DNA of 64,000 nt from an uncultured Flavobacteriales bacterium (GTDB taxonomy: Bacteria > Bacteroidota > Bacteroidia > Flavobacteriales > BACL11): NCBI GenBank assembly GCA_905612305.1, contig CAJQRK010000005.1, forward strand, positions 13,561 through 77,560. The letters run 5' to 3'. Numbering within the stretch: the first letter of the stretch is position 1; each line of letters starts with the position of its first letter. Positions 39,974 through 51,139 of this stretch are shown here, in pieces. The translations under genes were made by a program, and so were the position numbers. A model generated the notes under the pieces. It was given only the letters and a program-made list of their open reading frames with translations, was not told where the DNA came from and ran no database searches.

Positions 39974-41077
39974 TTAACTTGTCTTTACTTTATATATAAC
40001 TCCTCTTTCTTCCAAATAATCTTTTACAAAGTTAAAATGTTCTCCTAAATATTCCGGAGGAGAAATCCCAATTTTATCATATTCTCCATTTACAACCAGA
40101 TTAGCAACTGCGGTACAGGTGAATCCTGTTGTGCGCGCCATGGAAATTATATCATCTTGAAAACGATCCAATAGATTATATTGATAGGTTACTGCCTTTC
40201 CATTTTCCGTTCCTTTGATGATAATACGCATTATGGTAAAATCCTTATCTCCTTTTTTCATTTCCCATTTTGGAAATAATAATTTAGCAGTCATATCCAC
40301 TGGGCGAATCATAGTTCCATTTATTTCAACTTCATTATAAGAGAAAAAACCACTTTCGCGCAATACTTTCAAATACTCCACGCAACCTGGGTAACGTAAA
40401 GTTTTTTCAATCATATTTGGCACATGAGCCATAGTTTTTATCAGACTTCTTAATCCATCCGAATTCCAGCTTTCCAAAGTTCCTATTTCATCAAATTCAA
40501 TTAGCTCTGTGTCTGATAAAGCTTCTTTAGTAATAGTGTGGCTATTTTGCACATAACGAGCGGGGCGAATGTATTCTTCAATTACATCAATTGGAGAAAA
40601 AACGGCTTGATACTCGTAAGGCCATTCTCTCTTTTCAGGCAAGCCACCCACCAAACATTCATAATCGTTAATTTCCATTTTTAAATCATGATGACCGAAA
40701 ATAATATTCCCCATTCCTGGCGCCACTCCACAATCCATTACAGCAACCACTCCTTTTTCTTTTGCTAATTCATCCAAACCAAAAGGATCTTCTGGATAAA
40801 AAGAAATATCTACAATGTTTTTTCCAGCTTCAATTACATCCTTCATCATTTTATACCCCATAAAACCAGGCACAGCTCCAACTACCAAATTAAACTCTTT
40901 TATAAGCTTGTGTAAAGTTGCAGTATTGGAAATATCAGCACAAACGGTATTGATGCCGGCTAACTTATCTAAGTTTTTCTGTAAAATATCTACTGAGGTT
41001 ACATTATGATTCTTAGCCAAATCTTTTGCCATCACTCCACCAACTAATCCTGCTCCTAAAACAATAATATTCGCCAT
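39974..41077 (-). CDS. Saccharopine dehydrogenase / L-lysine 6-dehydrogenase family oxidoreductase
   Basis: GAGLVG Rossmann, DCGVAPGMGN, VGGLP, EKTLRYPG and MARTTG. Confidence 0.85.
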   Translation of the reverse strand: MANIIVLGAGLVGGVMAKDLAKNHNVTSVDILQKNLDKLAGINTVCADISNTATLHKLIKEFNLVVGAVPGFMGYKMMKDVIEAGKNIVDISFYPEDPFGLDELAKEKGVVAVMDCGVAPGMGNIIFGHHDLKMEINDYECLVGGLPEKREWPYEYQAVFSPIDVIEEYIRPARYVQNSHTITKEALSDTELIEFDEIGTLESWNSDGLRSLIKTMAHVPNMIEKTLRYPGCVEYLKVLRESGFFSYNEVEINGTMIRPVDMTAKLLFPKWEMKKGDKDFTIMRIIIKGTENGKAVTYQYNLLDRFQDDIISMARTTGFTCTAVANLVVNGEYDKIGISPPEYLGEHFNFVKDYLEERGVIYKVKTS

Positions 41078-41871
41078 TATATTGCTACTTTTCCTTTAAT
41101 GTGTGGGTGAAATTCATAATCGATTAACTCAAAATCATCAATAGTGAAATCAAAAATACTTTTCACATTTGGGTTAATTTTCATATCAGGTAATTTCTTG
41201 CAATCTCTACTTAATTGTAATTCTGTTTGTTCAAAATGATTCGTATAAATATGTGCATCACCCAAAGTATGAATAAAATCTCCAACTTCTAAATTACAGA
41301 CTTGGGCTATCATCATTGTTAAAAGGGCATAAGATGCAATATTGAAAGGAACTCCCAAGAAGATGTCCGCACTTCTTTGGTAGAGTTGACAAGAAAGTTT
41401 GCCGTCTGCTACATAAAACTGAAAGAAAGCATGACAAGGAGGTAAAGCCATTAACTCAATTTCCCCTACATTCCAAGCACTTACAATAATTCTTCTACTA
41501 TCAGGGTTGTTTTTTAGTGTATCTACTACTTGAGTAATTTGATCAATGTGTTTTCCATCAGGTGCTGGCCAACTTCTCCATTGGTAACCGTAGACATGAC
41601 CTAAATTCCCATCTTCATCTGCCCATTCATCCCAAATACGAACTCCATTTTCTTTGAGATATTTAATATTGGTATCTCCCTTTAAAAACCAAAGTAGCTC
41701 GTGAATGATAGATTTTAAGTGTAGCTTCTTTGTTGTTATACACGGAAACCCTTCTGATAAATCGAAACGCATTTGGTGGCCAAAAACACTTTTAGTGCCT
41801 GTTCCTGTTCTATCTTTTTTTAGCGTGCCTTCTTTCATCACGCGTGTCATCAAATCTAAATATTGCCGCAT
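41077..41871 (-). CDS. thyA: Thymidylate synthase
   Basis: DRTGTGT, ELLWF, LPPCH, YQRSAD and FNIASY. Confidence 0.99.
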   Translation of the reverse strand: MRQYLDLMTRVMKEGTLKKDRTGTGTKSVFGHQMRFDLSEGFPCITTKKLHLKSIIHELLWFLKGDTNIKYLKENGVRIWDEWADEDGNLGHVYGYQWRSWPAPDGKHIDQITQVVDTLKNNPDSRRIIVSAWNVGEIELMALPPCHAFFQFYVADGKLSCQLYQRSADIFLGVPFNIASYALLTMMIAQVCNLEVGDFIHTLGDAHIYTNHFEQTELQLSRDCKKLPDMKINPNVKSIFDFTIDDFELIDYEFHPHIKGKVAI

Positions 41872-41890
41872 TGTTTAGTTTATAGTTTTC

Positions 41891-43564
41891 TTAAATTAAC
41901 ATTCCTACAATTACAGCTGTAAATAAAGAGGCAAGGGTTCCTCCAATTAAAGCCAAAACTCCAAGTTTAGATAAATCCCCTCTTCTTTTTGGAGCCAGGG
42001 CTCCAATTCCTCCAATCTGTATTCCAATAGAAGCAAAGTTGGCAAAACCACACAATATATATGTGGCAATTATAATGGATCTTTGCTCTGCGAAATCTCC
42101 TGCATTTTTCATTTCCCCTAAGGACATATATCCAAAAAATTCGTTCAACACGGTTTTCTGTCCTAATAGTTCGCCTACTAAAAACATATCCTCCTTGCAG
42201 ACTCCCATAAGCCAAGCAATAGGAGCTCCAATGTATCCTAAAATCATGTTAAATGAAAGTTCAGGATATCTAGTGTTTATAGCAATCCAATCATTTAATG
42301 TAGTCCAATCTCCAACTTTAAAAAGTATAAAATTTGCCATAGACATCAGTGCAATGAACACCAGTAGCATAGCTCCAACATTTACCGCTAATCTGAGCCC
42401 ATCAGTTGTTCCTTGAGAAATTGCTTCTAATTCATTGCAAACCACATCTCCACTATTAACTTCTAATTTCGTTTCAAATTTTTCTTTTTCTGGCAACAAC
42501 ATTTTTGCTGCCACAATAGCTGCTGGCGCCGACATTACAGAAGCCATTATAAGGTGAACAGCAAATTCTTCCCCTAACATTCCAATAAAAGCAGCTAACA
42601 CTCCTCCGGCAATTGTTGCCATTCCTCCACTCATCAGGCACAACATTTCCGACATAGTCATCTTATCTAAATAAGGTTTCACTAATAAAGGGGCTTCTGT
42701 TTGACCGAGAAAAATATTGCCTGCAGCAGCCACACTTTCTGGTCCTGAAAGTTTTAAAGTTTTTTTCATTAGCCAAGCAAATCCGTAAACAATTCTTGGT
42801 AAAATTTTCCAATAATAAAATAAAGAAGTAAGAGCCGAAAAGAAAATTATTGTCGGCAAAACCTGAAATGCAAATACATATCCAAAAGAATCTGACTTAT
42901 CCATTAGGCCTCCAAATAGAAATTCAGATCCCTTATTTGTAAAATATATTATTTTTGCAAATCCCTTTGCAATAAAATTAAATAAATTAAAAACAAATGG
43001 CACTTTCAGAATAAGTATGGCAAATACTATTTGAATTCCTAATCCTTTGCCAACTAATACCCAGTCAATTCCCTTTCTATTTCTGCTAAATAAAAATGCG
43101 ATAAGTAAAAGAGAAATTATTCCAAGAATTCCTCTTAAAAGTGAAGTAATAGAAAATCCGGAAGTTGCTATTGTAGTGGGCTCAATATATTTCTTAAAAG
43201 CATAATTTCTATTATCGTCATTTAAAACTAATTTATTATCTTGTAATTTAACTTTATAAACTCGTATTTTATGATAATGTAATTCCTCAGTATTAGGTGG
43301 GCCGTAATGAAAAGTTAATGATAATACTACCGCATCAAATTCCCATCTTCCTTTTTCTTTTATCTTTTCTTTTTTTAACTCATATGAAAAAGTTCCGTCT
43401 TCATTTATTTGCATGAAATCCCCCTCAGATATTGTCTTCAGATTTTTGCCAGATTTAACTGTATCTGGAAGGATGTAATCATAATTCCATTTCCCAATAA
43501 TTTCTTGCGAATAAGAGAAAATAGACAGTGTGAAAAAAGTAATCAGTAAGAATATTTTTCTCAT
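41891..43564 (-). CDS. Concentrative nucleoside transporter (NupC/CNT) with N-terminal lipocalin-like extension
   Basis: FAFQVLPTIIFFS, NIFLGQTEAP, GMATIAG, NEF and CGFANFASIGIQIGG; signal peptide plus IIGKW domain. Confidence 0.9.
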   Translation of the reverse strand: MRKIFLLITFFTLSIFSYSQEIIGKWNYDYILPDTVKSGKNLKTISEGDFMQINEDGTFSYELKKEKIKEKGRWEFDAVVLSLTFHYGPPNTEELHYHKIRVYKVKLQDNKLVLNDDNRNYAFKKYIEPTTIATSGFSITSLLRGILGIISLLLIAFLFSRNRKGIDWVLVGKGLGIQIVFAILILKVPFVFNLFNFIAKGFAKIIYFTNKGSEFLFGGLMDKSDSFGYVFAFQVLPTIIFFSALTSLFYYWKILPRIVYGFAWLMKKTLKLSGPESVAAAGNIFLGQTEAPLLVKPYLDKMTMSEMLCLMSGGMATIAGGVLAAFIGMLGEEFAVHLIMASVMSAPAAIVAAKMLLPEKEKFETKLEVNSGDVVCNELEAISQGTTDGLRLAVNVGAMLLVFIALMSMANFILFKVGDWTTLNDWIAINTRYPELSFNMILGYIGAPIAWLMGVCKEDMFLVGELLGQKTVLNEFFGYMSLGEMKNAGDFAEQRSIIIATYILCGFANFASIGIQIGGIGALAPKRRGDLSKLGVLALIGGTLASLFTAVIVGMLI

Positions 43565-44167
43565 TTAATTCTCATTTCGTTTTTTTATTTCATCTCTTAA
43601 TTCAGAGGCGTTTTCATAATCCTCCTCTTCAATGGCAATAACCAACATTTTCTTTAGTTTATCCAAACTGAAAGTATGGACCCCTTGCGGTTCATCCATT
43701 TTATCATCTTCTTCATCAAGTGAAAATAGATCGTCTTCCTCACGGGAGCTATTTACAATAATTCCGGCTCTGGCAAGAATATCCTCATAAGTAAATACAG
43801 GACAAGAATAACGAATTGCAAGAGCAATTGCATCAGAAGTTCTTGCATCTATTTTTACTTCCTCTTCGGTAACTTTATGTTTGCAATGGAAAGCAGCATG
43901 AAAAATTCCTTCAATCAAAGTGTGAATAACAACTTTCTGAATTGTGATATTATAGCTATCCCCAAAAGTTTTGAATAAATCATGCGTTAACGGACGGCCA
44001 GGTTCTTCGGTGCCGTCTAATGCAATAGCAATAGAACGAGCTTCACACCAGCCAATCACAATGGGCAATTGTCGCTTTCCTACAGTTTCGTTCAACAATA
44101 GTACATAGACATTGTTTTGTGAATCACTTTGGCGAATAGCCGCTATATTTAATTGAACAAGATCCAA
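43565..44167 (-). CDS. Bifunctional nuclease (DUF151) with C-terminal UVR domain
   Basis: LPIVIG..EA.SIA, RPLTHDL, IDARTSDAIALA and EEEDYENASELRDEI. Confidence 0.9.
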   Translation of the reverse strand: MDLVQLNIAAIRQSDSQNNVYVLLLNETVGKRQLPIVIGWCEARSIAIALDGTEEPGRPLTHDLFKTFGDSYNITIQKVVIHTLIEGIFHAAFHCKHKVTEEEVKIDARTSDAIALAIRYSCPVFTYEDILARAGIIVNSSREEDDLFSLDEEDDKMDEPQGVHTFSLDKLKKMLVIAIEEEDYENASELRDEIKKRNEN

Positions 44168-44169
44168 AT

Positions 44170-45117
44170 TTAGCTATTTAGTTTTTTAATTTCCTGAATT
44201 AATTTTGGTACAACTTCAAAAGCATCTCCTATAATTCCATAATCAGCCGCTTTAAAGAATGGTGCTTCTGGGTCGGTGTTAATGGCTACCATTACTTTTG
44301 ATGAATTTACGCCAGCCAAATGCTGTATAGCTCCTGAAATTCCAATAGCAATATAAAGATCAGCAGTTACTACCTTTCCGGTTTGCCCAACATGTTCAGC
44401 ATGTGGTCTCCATCCAATATCTGCTACTGGCTTGGAACAGGCTGTTGCCGCTCCTAAAACTTCTGCTAATTCTTCAATCATTCCCCAATTTTCAGGCCCT
44501 TTCAAACCTCTGCCACCTGAAATTACTATTTCAGCTTCCGAGAGGGAAATTTTACCGCTTGCTGTTTCTTGTCCTTGAATAGTGATAGCTCCTTTTTCAT
44601 TAGCAGATGAAGTTTCAATACTGCAACTGCCACCGGTTTCAATTAACTGATAAGAGTTAGGGGTAAAGCAAAGGATAGCTTTTTCAGTATTTATTGTAAT
44701 TAATTCAATTGCTTTTGATGAGAATGCTTTTCGCTTAACTGTAATGGGGGTAGTACTTTCTGCTAATGTAATTACATTACTTATTGCTCCCGCTTTTAGT
44801 TTTGCTGAAAGCCTTGGAGCAATCATTGTTGCTGTGTTTGTATTCGAAAATACAATAACACTAGCATTATTAGCTGCAGTAGCTATTGCATTTGTAGCGG
44901 CCTGGCTATCTCCTTTTTCTATTCCAGCACAAGTAATAACTTTTGAAGCACCATAGCCCCCTAATTTATTCAACTGCTCATCACTTACCTGTCCTAAAGA
45001 AATAGCAATAACATCTGTTCCTAATAGTTTAGCGGTTTCGCTTGCATAAGAAACCGCTTCAAAACTACTTTTTCTAAAATTTCCGCCCCAACTTTCGGTA
45101 TATACTAATACTGACAT
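44170..45117 (-). CDS. etfA: Electron transfer flavoprotein alpha subunit
   Basis: SGGRGL, HVGQTGK, LYIAIGISGAIQHLAG and AINTD.EAPFF. Confidence 0.96.
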   Translation of the reverse strand: MSVLVYTESWGGNFRKSSFEAVSYASETAKLLGTDVIAISLGQVSDEQLNKLGGYGASKVITCAGIEKGDSQAATNAIATAANNASVIVFSNTNTATMIAPRLSAKLKAGAISNVITLAESTTPITVKRKAFSSKAIELITINTEKAILCFTPNSYQLIETGGSCSIETSSANEKGAITIQGQETASGKISLSEAEIVISGGRGLKGPENWGMIEELAEVLGAATACSKPVADIGWRPHAEHVGQTGKVVTADLYIAIGISGAIQHLAGVNSSKVMVAINTDPEAPFFKAADYGIIGDAFEVVPKLIQEIKKLNS

Positions 45118-45136
45118 TTTTCTAATTTCTATTTAA

Positions 45137-45883
45137 TTAAATAACTTTTGCTTCATTGTGCAATAAACTTACTAATTCTGCAACATTATCGGATTCTACT
45201 AATTTACAAGCTCCTTTTTCTGCTGGTCTCTCAAAGCTAACTGAAGTTGTTAATTCCTCAGCTTCCTCCGCTTCGATAATCTCCAAGGGCTTTGTTCTTG
45301 CCTGCATAATCCCTCTCATGTTAGGAATTCGTAAGTCAGACTCTTCAACTAATCCTTTTTGACCTCCTATTACTAAAGGTAAATCAGCGGCTAAAGTTTC
45401 TTTTCCTCCATCAATTTCTCTAGTTAAAGTTGCAGATACTCCTGAGATGTCCATGCCATTACAAGCATTTACAAATGCTAATCCTAAAATTTCAGCAATC
45501 ATAGCGGGTACTGCGCCTCCGTTATAGTCCAAGGATTCTTTGCCAGCAATAATTAAATCAGCAGGATTTTCTTTTAAGTAGCTTGCAATTAAAGCAGCTG
45601 TTGAATAACTATCAGTAGCTACTTTATTAATTCTTATGGCACTATCGGCACCAATAGCTAATGCTTTTCTAATCACAGGTTCGGCAGTAGCATCACCAAC
45701 TGTAATTACTTTGACATTACCTCCGCTAGCTTCTTTCAATAGCATGGCTTTTGTTAAGCCAAATTCATCATTAGGGTTTATTACAAATTGGATTCCACTA
45801 TTATCAAATTTTGTATTATTTTGAGTAAAATTAATTTTTGAAGTAGTATCAGGAACACTACTTATGCAAACTACAATATTCAT
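45137..45883 (-). CDS. etfB: Electron transfer flavoprotein beta subunit
   Basis: VPDT, INPNDE, ALAIGAD, REIDGG and RIPNMRGIMQA; -7 box at 45910-17. Confidence 0.96.
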   Translation of the reverse strand: MNIVVCISSVPDTTSKINFTQNNTKFDNSGIQFVINPNDEFGLTKAMLLKEASGGNVKVITVGDATAEPVIRKALAIGADSAIRINKVATDSYSTAALIASYLKENPADLIIAGKESLDYNGGAVPAMIAEILGLAFVNACNGMDISGVSATLTREIDGGKETLAADLPLVIGGQKGLVEESDLRIPNMRGIMQARTKPLEIIEAEEAEELTTSVSFERPAEKGACKLVESDNVAELVSLLHNEAKVI

Positions 45884-46060
45884 CTTTTTTTGATTTTATT
45901 AAATATGAGCAAATTTAATAAAATGCAATAAAACGGACCAGTTTTTATGAGTAAAAACAAGTGACTATATTAATTAAGGCAGGATCTTATGAGATTTGTA
46001 TAAAAATACTATTTTTGCACACATTTTAAAAACAAAAATTAATTAACAAAAAATAAAAAA

Positions 46061-48247
46061 ATGGAAGAGATTTTAAGTCACATTATTGACTACTTACCTT
46101 TTTTTGGGTTACTTGCCTTAAGCTTTGTAATCTGGAAAAATGCGTGGGTATCTAAGCAAGATGAAGGGGATGAGAAAATGAAAAGGATAGCAAAGAATAT
46201 TGCTGACGGAGCAATGTCTTTCTTAAAAGCAGAATACAAAGTGCTATCTGTATTTGTATTTGCTGTTGCAATCCTTTTATATTTTAAAGGTAAAAGTGAT
46301 GTAAAAGAAATTGAAGGAGAAATCATACATATTTCAAGTGGAATGGTTGCATTGTCTTTTGTTGTGGGTGCTATTTGTTCTGCTCTTGCTGGTTTTATTG
46401 GAATGAAAGTTGCAACAAAAGCAAATGTTAGAACTACGCAGGCTGCCAAAACTTCATTAGGAAAAGCTTTGGAAGTAGCATTTTCTGGAGGTGCTGTAAT
46501 GGGACTTGGAGTTGTAGGATTAGGAGTATTAGGATTAAGTTCTTTATTATGGTTTTATGGAGACACATACCAAATGGTTATAGACGGTTCTGTAAATCAC
46601 TCTAATTTAGAAAAAGTATTAAATATATTAGCAGGATTCTCATTGGGAGCTTCTTCCATTGCATTATTTGCAAGAGTTGGTGGCGGTATCTATACTAAAG
46701 CTGCAGATGTTGGTGCTGACCTTGTTGGTAAAGTAGAAGCGGGAATTCCAGAAGATCATCCCTTAAACCCAGCAACAATTGCTGATAATGTAGGTGATAA
46801 TGTAGGTGATGTTGCCGGAATGGGAGCTGATTTATTTGAATCATATGTTGGTTCAATTATTGCAACTATGGTACTTGGCGCTACTTTAACTGGAGTTACA
46901 TTTCATGATGGGATGGGGGCCGTTTACTTACCATTAGTATTGGCTGCTGCCGGAATTATAATGTCAATTATTGGAACATTTTTTGTAAAAGTTAAAGATG
47001 GAGGATCTCCTCACAGAGCTTTAAATATTGGCGAGTTCGGATCAGCCGCACTTATGATTGTGGCTTCTTGGTTTATTATTAATGCTATGTTACCAGACAC
47101 ATTTATGGATGGAGAAACTTCTTATACTAACATGGGAGTATTTTATGCAACTATTACTGGTTTGGTAGCAGGATTATTAGTAGGTAAAGCAACTGAAATG
47201 TACACGGGTACAGGTACAAAAGCTGTAAATTCTATTGTAAAACAATCTGAAACAGGATCAGCGACAACTATTATTGCTGGTTTAGGTGTTGGCATGATGT
47301 CAACAGCTATTCCTATTTTATTAATTGCTACAGCTATTATAGTGTCTCACCATTTTGCTGGAATGTATGGTATTGCAATTGCTGCAGTAGGAATGCTTGC
47401 TAATACTGGTATTCAATTGGCTATAGATGCTTATGGACCAATTTCTGATAATGCTGGTGGTATTGCTGAAATGGCAGAACTTCCTTCTGAAGTTAGAGAA
47501 AGAACTGACAAATTAGATGCTGTAGGAAATACAACTGCTGCAATTGGTAAAGGATTTGCAATTGCATCCGCTGCACTTACAGCACTTGCTTTATTTGCTG
47601 CATTTATGAAAACTGCTGGAATTACAACAATTGATGTAGCTAACCCAGTTGTAATGGCTGGTTTATTAATTGGGGCAATGCTGCCATTTGTATTCTCTGC
47701 AATGGCAATGAATGCAGTTGGTAGAGCTGCAATGGCAATGATTGAAGAAGTGAGAAGGCAATTTAGAGATATTCCTGCACTTAAAGCAGCCTTAGAAGTA
47801 ATGAGAAAATATGATTCTGACATGAGCAAAGCTACTCCAGAAGACAGAGCTATATTTGATGCTGCTGATGGAGTTGCAGAATACGATAAATGTGTTGATA
47901 TTTCTACAAAAGCATCTATTAAAGAAATGGTAATGCCAGGGTTGCTTGCAATTATTGTTCCTGTTGCTATAGGTTTTGGTGGTGGAGCTGAAATGCTAGG
48001 AGGTTTACTTGCAGGAGTTACATCTTGTGGTGTGCTTATGGCAATTTTCCAATCCAATGCAGGTGGGGCTTGGGATAATGCTAAAAAAACAATTGAAGAA
48101 AAAGGAGGTAAAGGAACTGAAGCTCATAAAGCGTCAGTTGTTGGTGATACTGTTGGAGATCCATTTAAAGACACATCTGGCCCTTCATTAAATATATTAT
48201 TAAAATTAATCTCAGTTGTAGCTCTTGTAATTGCATCATCTTTATAA
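46061..48247 (+). CDS. hppA: Membrane-integral K+-dependent (probably Na+-translocating) pyrophosphatase
   Basis: [41 protein letters not shown] and [14 protein letters not shown]; -7 box at 46010-17. Confidence 0.96.
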   Translation: MEEILSHIIDYLPFFGLLALSFVIWKNAWVSKQDEGDEKMKRIAKNIADGAMSFLKAEYKVLSVFVFAVAILLYFKGKSDVKEIEGEIIHISSGMVALSFVVGAICSALAGFIGMKVATKANVRTTQAAKTSLGKALEVAFSGGAVMGLGVVGLGVLGLSSLLWFYGDTYQMVIDGSVNHSNLEKVLNILAGFSLGASSIALFARVGGGIYTKAADVGADLVGKVEAGIPEDHPLNPATIADNVGDNVGDVAGMGADLFESYVGSIIATMVLGATLTGVTFHDGMGAVYLPLVLAAAGIIMSIIGTFFVKVKDGGSPHRALNIGEFGSAALMIVASWFIINAMLPDTFMDGETSYTNMGVFYATITGLVAGLLVGKATEMYTGTGTKAVNSIVKQSETGSATTIIAGLGVGMMSTAIPILLIATAIIVSHHFAGMYGIAIAAVGMLANTGIQLAIDAYGPISDNAGGIAEMAELPSEVRERTDKLDAVGNTTAAIGKGFAIASAALTALALFAAFMKTAGITTIDVANPVVMAGLLIGAMLPFVFSAMAMNAVGRAAMAMIEEVRRQFRDIPALKAALEVMRKYDSDMSKATPEDRAIFDAADGVAEYDKCVDISTKASIKEMVMPGLLAIIVPVAIGFGGGAEMLGGLLAGVTSCGVLMAIFQSNAGGAWDNAKKTIEEKGGKGTEAHKASVVGDTVGDPFKDTSGPSLNILLKLISVVALVIASSL

Positions 48248-48275
48248 ATAATACACTGAACAATAAATAAATATT

Positions 48276-48824
48276 ATGAAGACTATATTAAAATTATTAT
48301 ATGCAGTTATAATTACTGTATTACTAGTAAGTTGTGGAGGAAATGATAAAACTACTGATGGTCCTAAGCTTGAAAATGCATTAGTTAAAGATAGTAAAAT
48401 TACAGAAAGTCTAGAGAAAAAATCTGCACTTTATGGAAAAGCAGAGAGTTTTGACTTTAATTTCTCAAAAGGAGATAATTTTAAGAAATTCAATATTACA
48501 ATGATTGTTGTATCTGCAGATATGAATTGTACTGCAGAGGCTAAGTTATGTGAAGAAATATCTAGCTTTATTGGAGGCAATAAATTAGTTTTTAGTTCTT
48601 CAGAGGAATATGCTTTAAGAGAGGAAGAATCACCCGAATATAGAATGATGCAAAAAGGAACTATTGAGATTAATGATAATACTTATGGCGGAACTCTATA
48701 TTATAATGGAGACGGGAGTAATAAAGTATCAGCATGGTTTTATGGCAAGTTAATTTTCGAATTACCTGCAATAAAATCACTAAAAGGGGAGCCATTAATA
48801 ATCGAAATAAAAGGGAAGAAATAA
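48276..48824 (+). CDS. Hypothetical lipoprotein
   Basis: Lipobox LVS-C; no recognisable domain. Confidence 0.65.
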   Translation: MKTILKLLYAVIITVLLVSCGGNDKTTDGPKLENALVKDSKITESLEKKSALYGKAESFDFNFSKGDNFKKFNITMIVVSADMNCTAEAKLCEEISSFIGGNKLVFSSSEEYALREEESPEYRMMQKGTIEINDNTYGGTLYYNGDGSNKVSAWFYGKLIFELPAIKSLKGEPLIIEIKGKK

Positions 48825-48837
48825 TTTCAAATTATAA

Positions 48838-48872
48838 TAAAAAAAGCCCCTCAGATGAGCGGCTTTTTTTTT
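48838..48872. terminator. Bidirectional terminator
   Basis: A-tract, GCC-CTCA..TGAG-GGC imperfect stem, T-tract between convergent genes. Confidence 0.75.
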
Positions 48873-48891
48873 ATTACTTATTATTAGATAA

Positions 48892-49506
48892 TTAGAATAA
48901 TCCATTTATTTCAGCATCTATCTTTTCAATAATTTTTCCTAAATCTTCTTCCTCATCTGCAAAATTCATATCATCAACATCAATAATCAAAATCTTACCT
49001 TTCGTGTATTCTCCAATCCACGCCTCATATCTTTCATTAAGTCTTGTTAGGTAATCTAAACGAATACTAGTTTCATATTCTCTCCCTCTTTTTTGGATTT
49101 GCCCTACAAGGGTAGGTACTGAAGCTCTTAAATAAATAAGTAAATCAGGAGATTTAATAAATCCATCCATTAAATTAAAAAATTCCATATAATTATCAAA
49201 ATCTCTTGAGCTCATTAATCCCATAGCATGTAAGTTGGGTGCGAAAATAAATGCATCTTCATATATTGTTCTGTCCTGAACATATTTTTCCCCACTTTCC
49301 CTTATATTAATAATTTGTCTAAATCTGCTGTTTAAAAAATAAACTTGTAGGTTGAACGACCACCTTTGCATGTCTTTATAAAAATCATTTAAGTAAGGGT
49401 TGTTTTCCACATCTTCATAATGCGCTTCCCATTTGTAATGTTTAGAAAGTTTAGTTGTTAAGGTTGTTTTTCCAGAACCAATATTTCCAGCAATTGCTAT
49501 GTGCAT
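48892..49506 (-). CDS. Deoxynucleoside kinase
   Basis: AGNIGSGKTT, NPYL.DFY, LQVYFL, QDRTIYED and RGREYE lid. Confidence 0.93.
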   Translation of the reverse strand: MHIAIAGNIGSGKTTLTTKLSKHYKWEAHYEDVENNPYLNDFYKDMQRWSFNLQVYFLNSRFRQIINIRESGEKYVQDRTIYEDAFIFAPNLHAMGLMSSRDFDNYMEFFNLMDGFIKSPDLLIYLRASVPTLVGQIQKRGREYETSIRLDYLTRLNERYEAWIGEYTKGKILIIDVDDMNFADEEEDLGKIIEKIDAEINGLF

Positions 49507-49590
49507 ATTTAAAATTTTCGTCTAAAGTAAAAAAAGATATCCTACCGTATGTGTAAAATGCAATTTAGCAAACTAATTTGTTGAAAACTT

Positions 49591-51102
49591 CTATAGGAGC
49601 GCTAGAATTTCATCTGCAATTTTACGGTCATTACTTAGTCTTGGCACTTTGTACTGTCCGCCTAATCGGTTATTTTGTTTCAACCATTTATAAAATTTAT
49701 TATTTTGAATGAGTATGATTTCGGGTGGATTTAGGATTAAGTTTTTAGTTCTTTTTGCTGCATAGTCTGAGTTTAGCTCTTTTAATTTATTATCGAGTTC
49801 TTGTTTGAAAAGCCGCATATCTTTTGGCGGTTTAGTAAATTCAATCAACCATTGATGTCCTCCAGAATCATTATCAATAAAAATAGGAGCTACAGTATAA
49901 TCTTTAATTGAAGCGTTATATTTGCTACATGCAGCCAATAAAGCACTATCCGTATTTTCAACCACTAATTCTTCCCCAAAAGTATTTAAGAAACTTTTGG
50001 TGCGCCCTATAATTTTTATCCGATACGGATTGGTTGCTGTAAAACGAACTACATCTCCAATTAAATACCGCCAAAGCCCTCCGTTGGTGCTTATTACTAA
50101 GGCGTAATCAATATTTAGCTGTACATCTTTTAAGGGTATTGCTTCACGAATTCCTTTTTTGTATTTTTTCATAGGGATAAATTCATAGAAGATGCCATAG
50201 TCCAACATTAATAATAAACCTTCTGATGGATTTTTGTCTTGTATTCCAATGAATCCTTCTGATGCATTGTAGCCTTCCAAATAATTCATTTTTTCAGAAG
50301 GAATAAGCGTTTTAAATTGAGATTTGTAAGGCTCAAAATTTATTCCACCATGCATATAGAGCTCTAGGTTTGGCCAAACTTCACTAATATTTTTTTTACC
50401 ACTTATGGTTAAAATACGCTTTAATAGGATTAACATCCAGGAGGGAACCCCTGTCAAATTTGTAATATTAGCTTTCACAGCTTGCCTAGCTATGCGTTCC
50501 AATTTACCTTCCCAATCTTCCATTAATGCAGTTTCAATATCAGGGATTCTATGATAATTTACCCAAAAAGGAAATTCATCTAAAAGGATTGCCGATAAAT
50601 CACCATCTTTATAATTCCCGGTTAATGATTTTTTAAGACTCCCTCCTAACATCAACCCCTTTCCATTATAGACATCCAAATTGCTAAAGTTGTTTCCGTA
50701 CAATGAGAGCATATCTTTTCCGCCCTTAAAATGACAATTTTTGAGAGAATCTTGAGTAATAGGGATGAATTTGCTTTGTGCATTTGTTGTCCCTGATGAT
50801 CTTGCAAACCATTTTATTTTTCCTGGCCAAAGTACATTTCGCTCTCCTTTTCTTGCTCTTTCAACAAATCCAGAAAACTCTTCATAGGTTCTAATTGGGA
50901 TATTCTTTGAAAAATGAGCGTAATCATTAATGGTGCTAAAATGATGCGCTTGGCCAAAAGCAGTATTTCTACCTTTTGAAATAAGAAAGTTAAATACTTT
51001 TTCCTGTGTCTTAATTGGCTTTTTGCAAAACTCATCAATATTTTTAATGCGTTTTTGCATCATAAATGAAAGAATAGAATTTTTAAGAGAAAGCTTGTTC
51101 AA
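49591..51102 (-). CDS. GH3 family acyl-acid amido synthetase-like protein
   Basis: SSGTT..SKFIP, YNASEG, FYEFIP, GLWRY.IGD and GGQYKVPRL; TTG 51102 is a likelier start than 51198. Confidence 0.88.
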   Translation of the reverse strand: MNKLSLKNSILSFMMQKRIKNIDEFCKKPIKTQEKVFNFLISKGRNTAFGQAHHFSTINDYAHFSKNIPIRTYEEFSGFVERARKGERNVLWPGKIKWFARSSGTTNAQSKFIPITQDSLKNCHFKGGKDMLSLYGNNFSNLDVYNGKGLMLGGSLKKSLTGNYKDGDLSAILLDEFPFWVNYHRIPDIETALMEDWEGKLERIARQAVKANITNLTGVPSWMLILLKRILTISGKKNISEVWPNLELYMHGGINFEPYKSQFKTLIPSEKMNYLEGYNASEGFIGIQDKNPSEGLLLMLDYGIFYEFIPMKKYKKGIREAIPLKDVQLNIDYALVISTNGGLWRYLIGDVVRFTATNPYRIKIIGRTKSFLNTFGEELVVENTDSALLAACSKYNASIKDYTVAPIFIDNDSGGHQWLIEFTKPPKDMRLFKQELDNKLKELNSDYAAKRTKNLILNPPEIILIQNNKFYKWLKQNNRLGGQYKVPRLSNDRKIADEILALL

Positions 51103-51139
51103 TTTTGGTATATTTAGGGTTTGAAAAATACAAAAAATT

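Noticed and set aside
47431-48057. 208-aa antisense ORF inside hppA (and similar shadows in ahcY, the porin, sppA and etfAB)
   Set aside because: Fully antisense to a conserved gene; an expected by-product of codon bias with no protein motifs.
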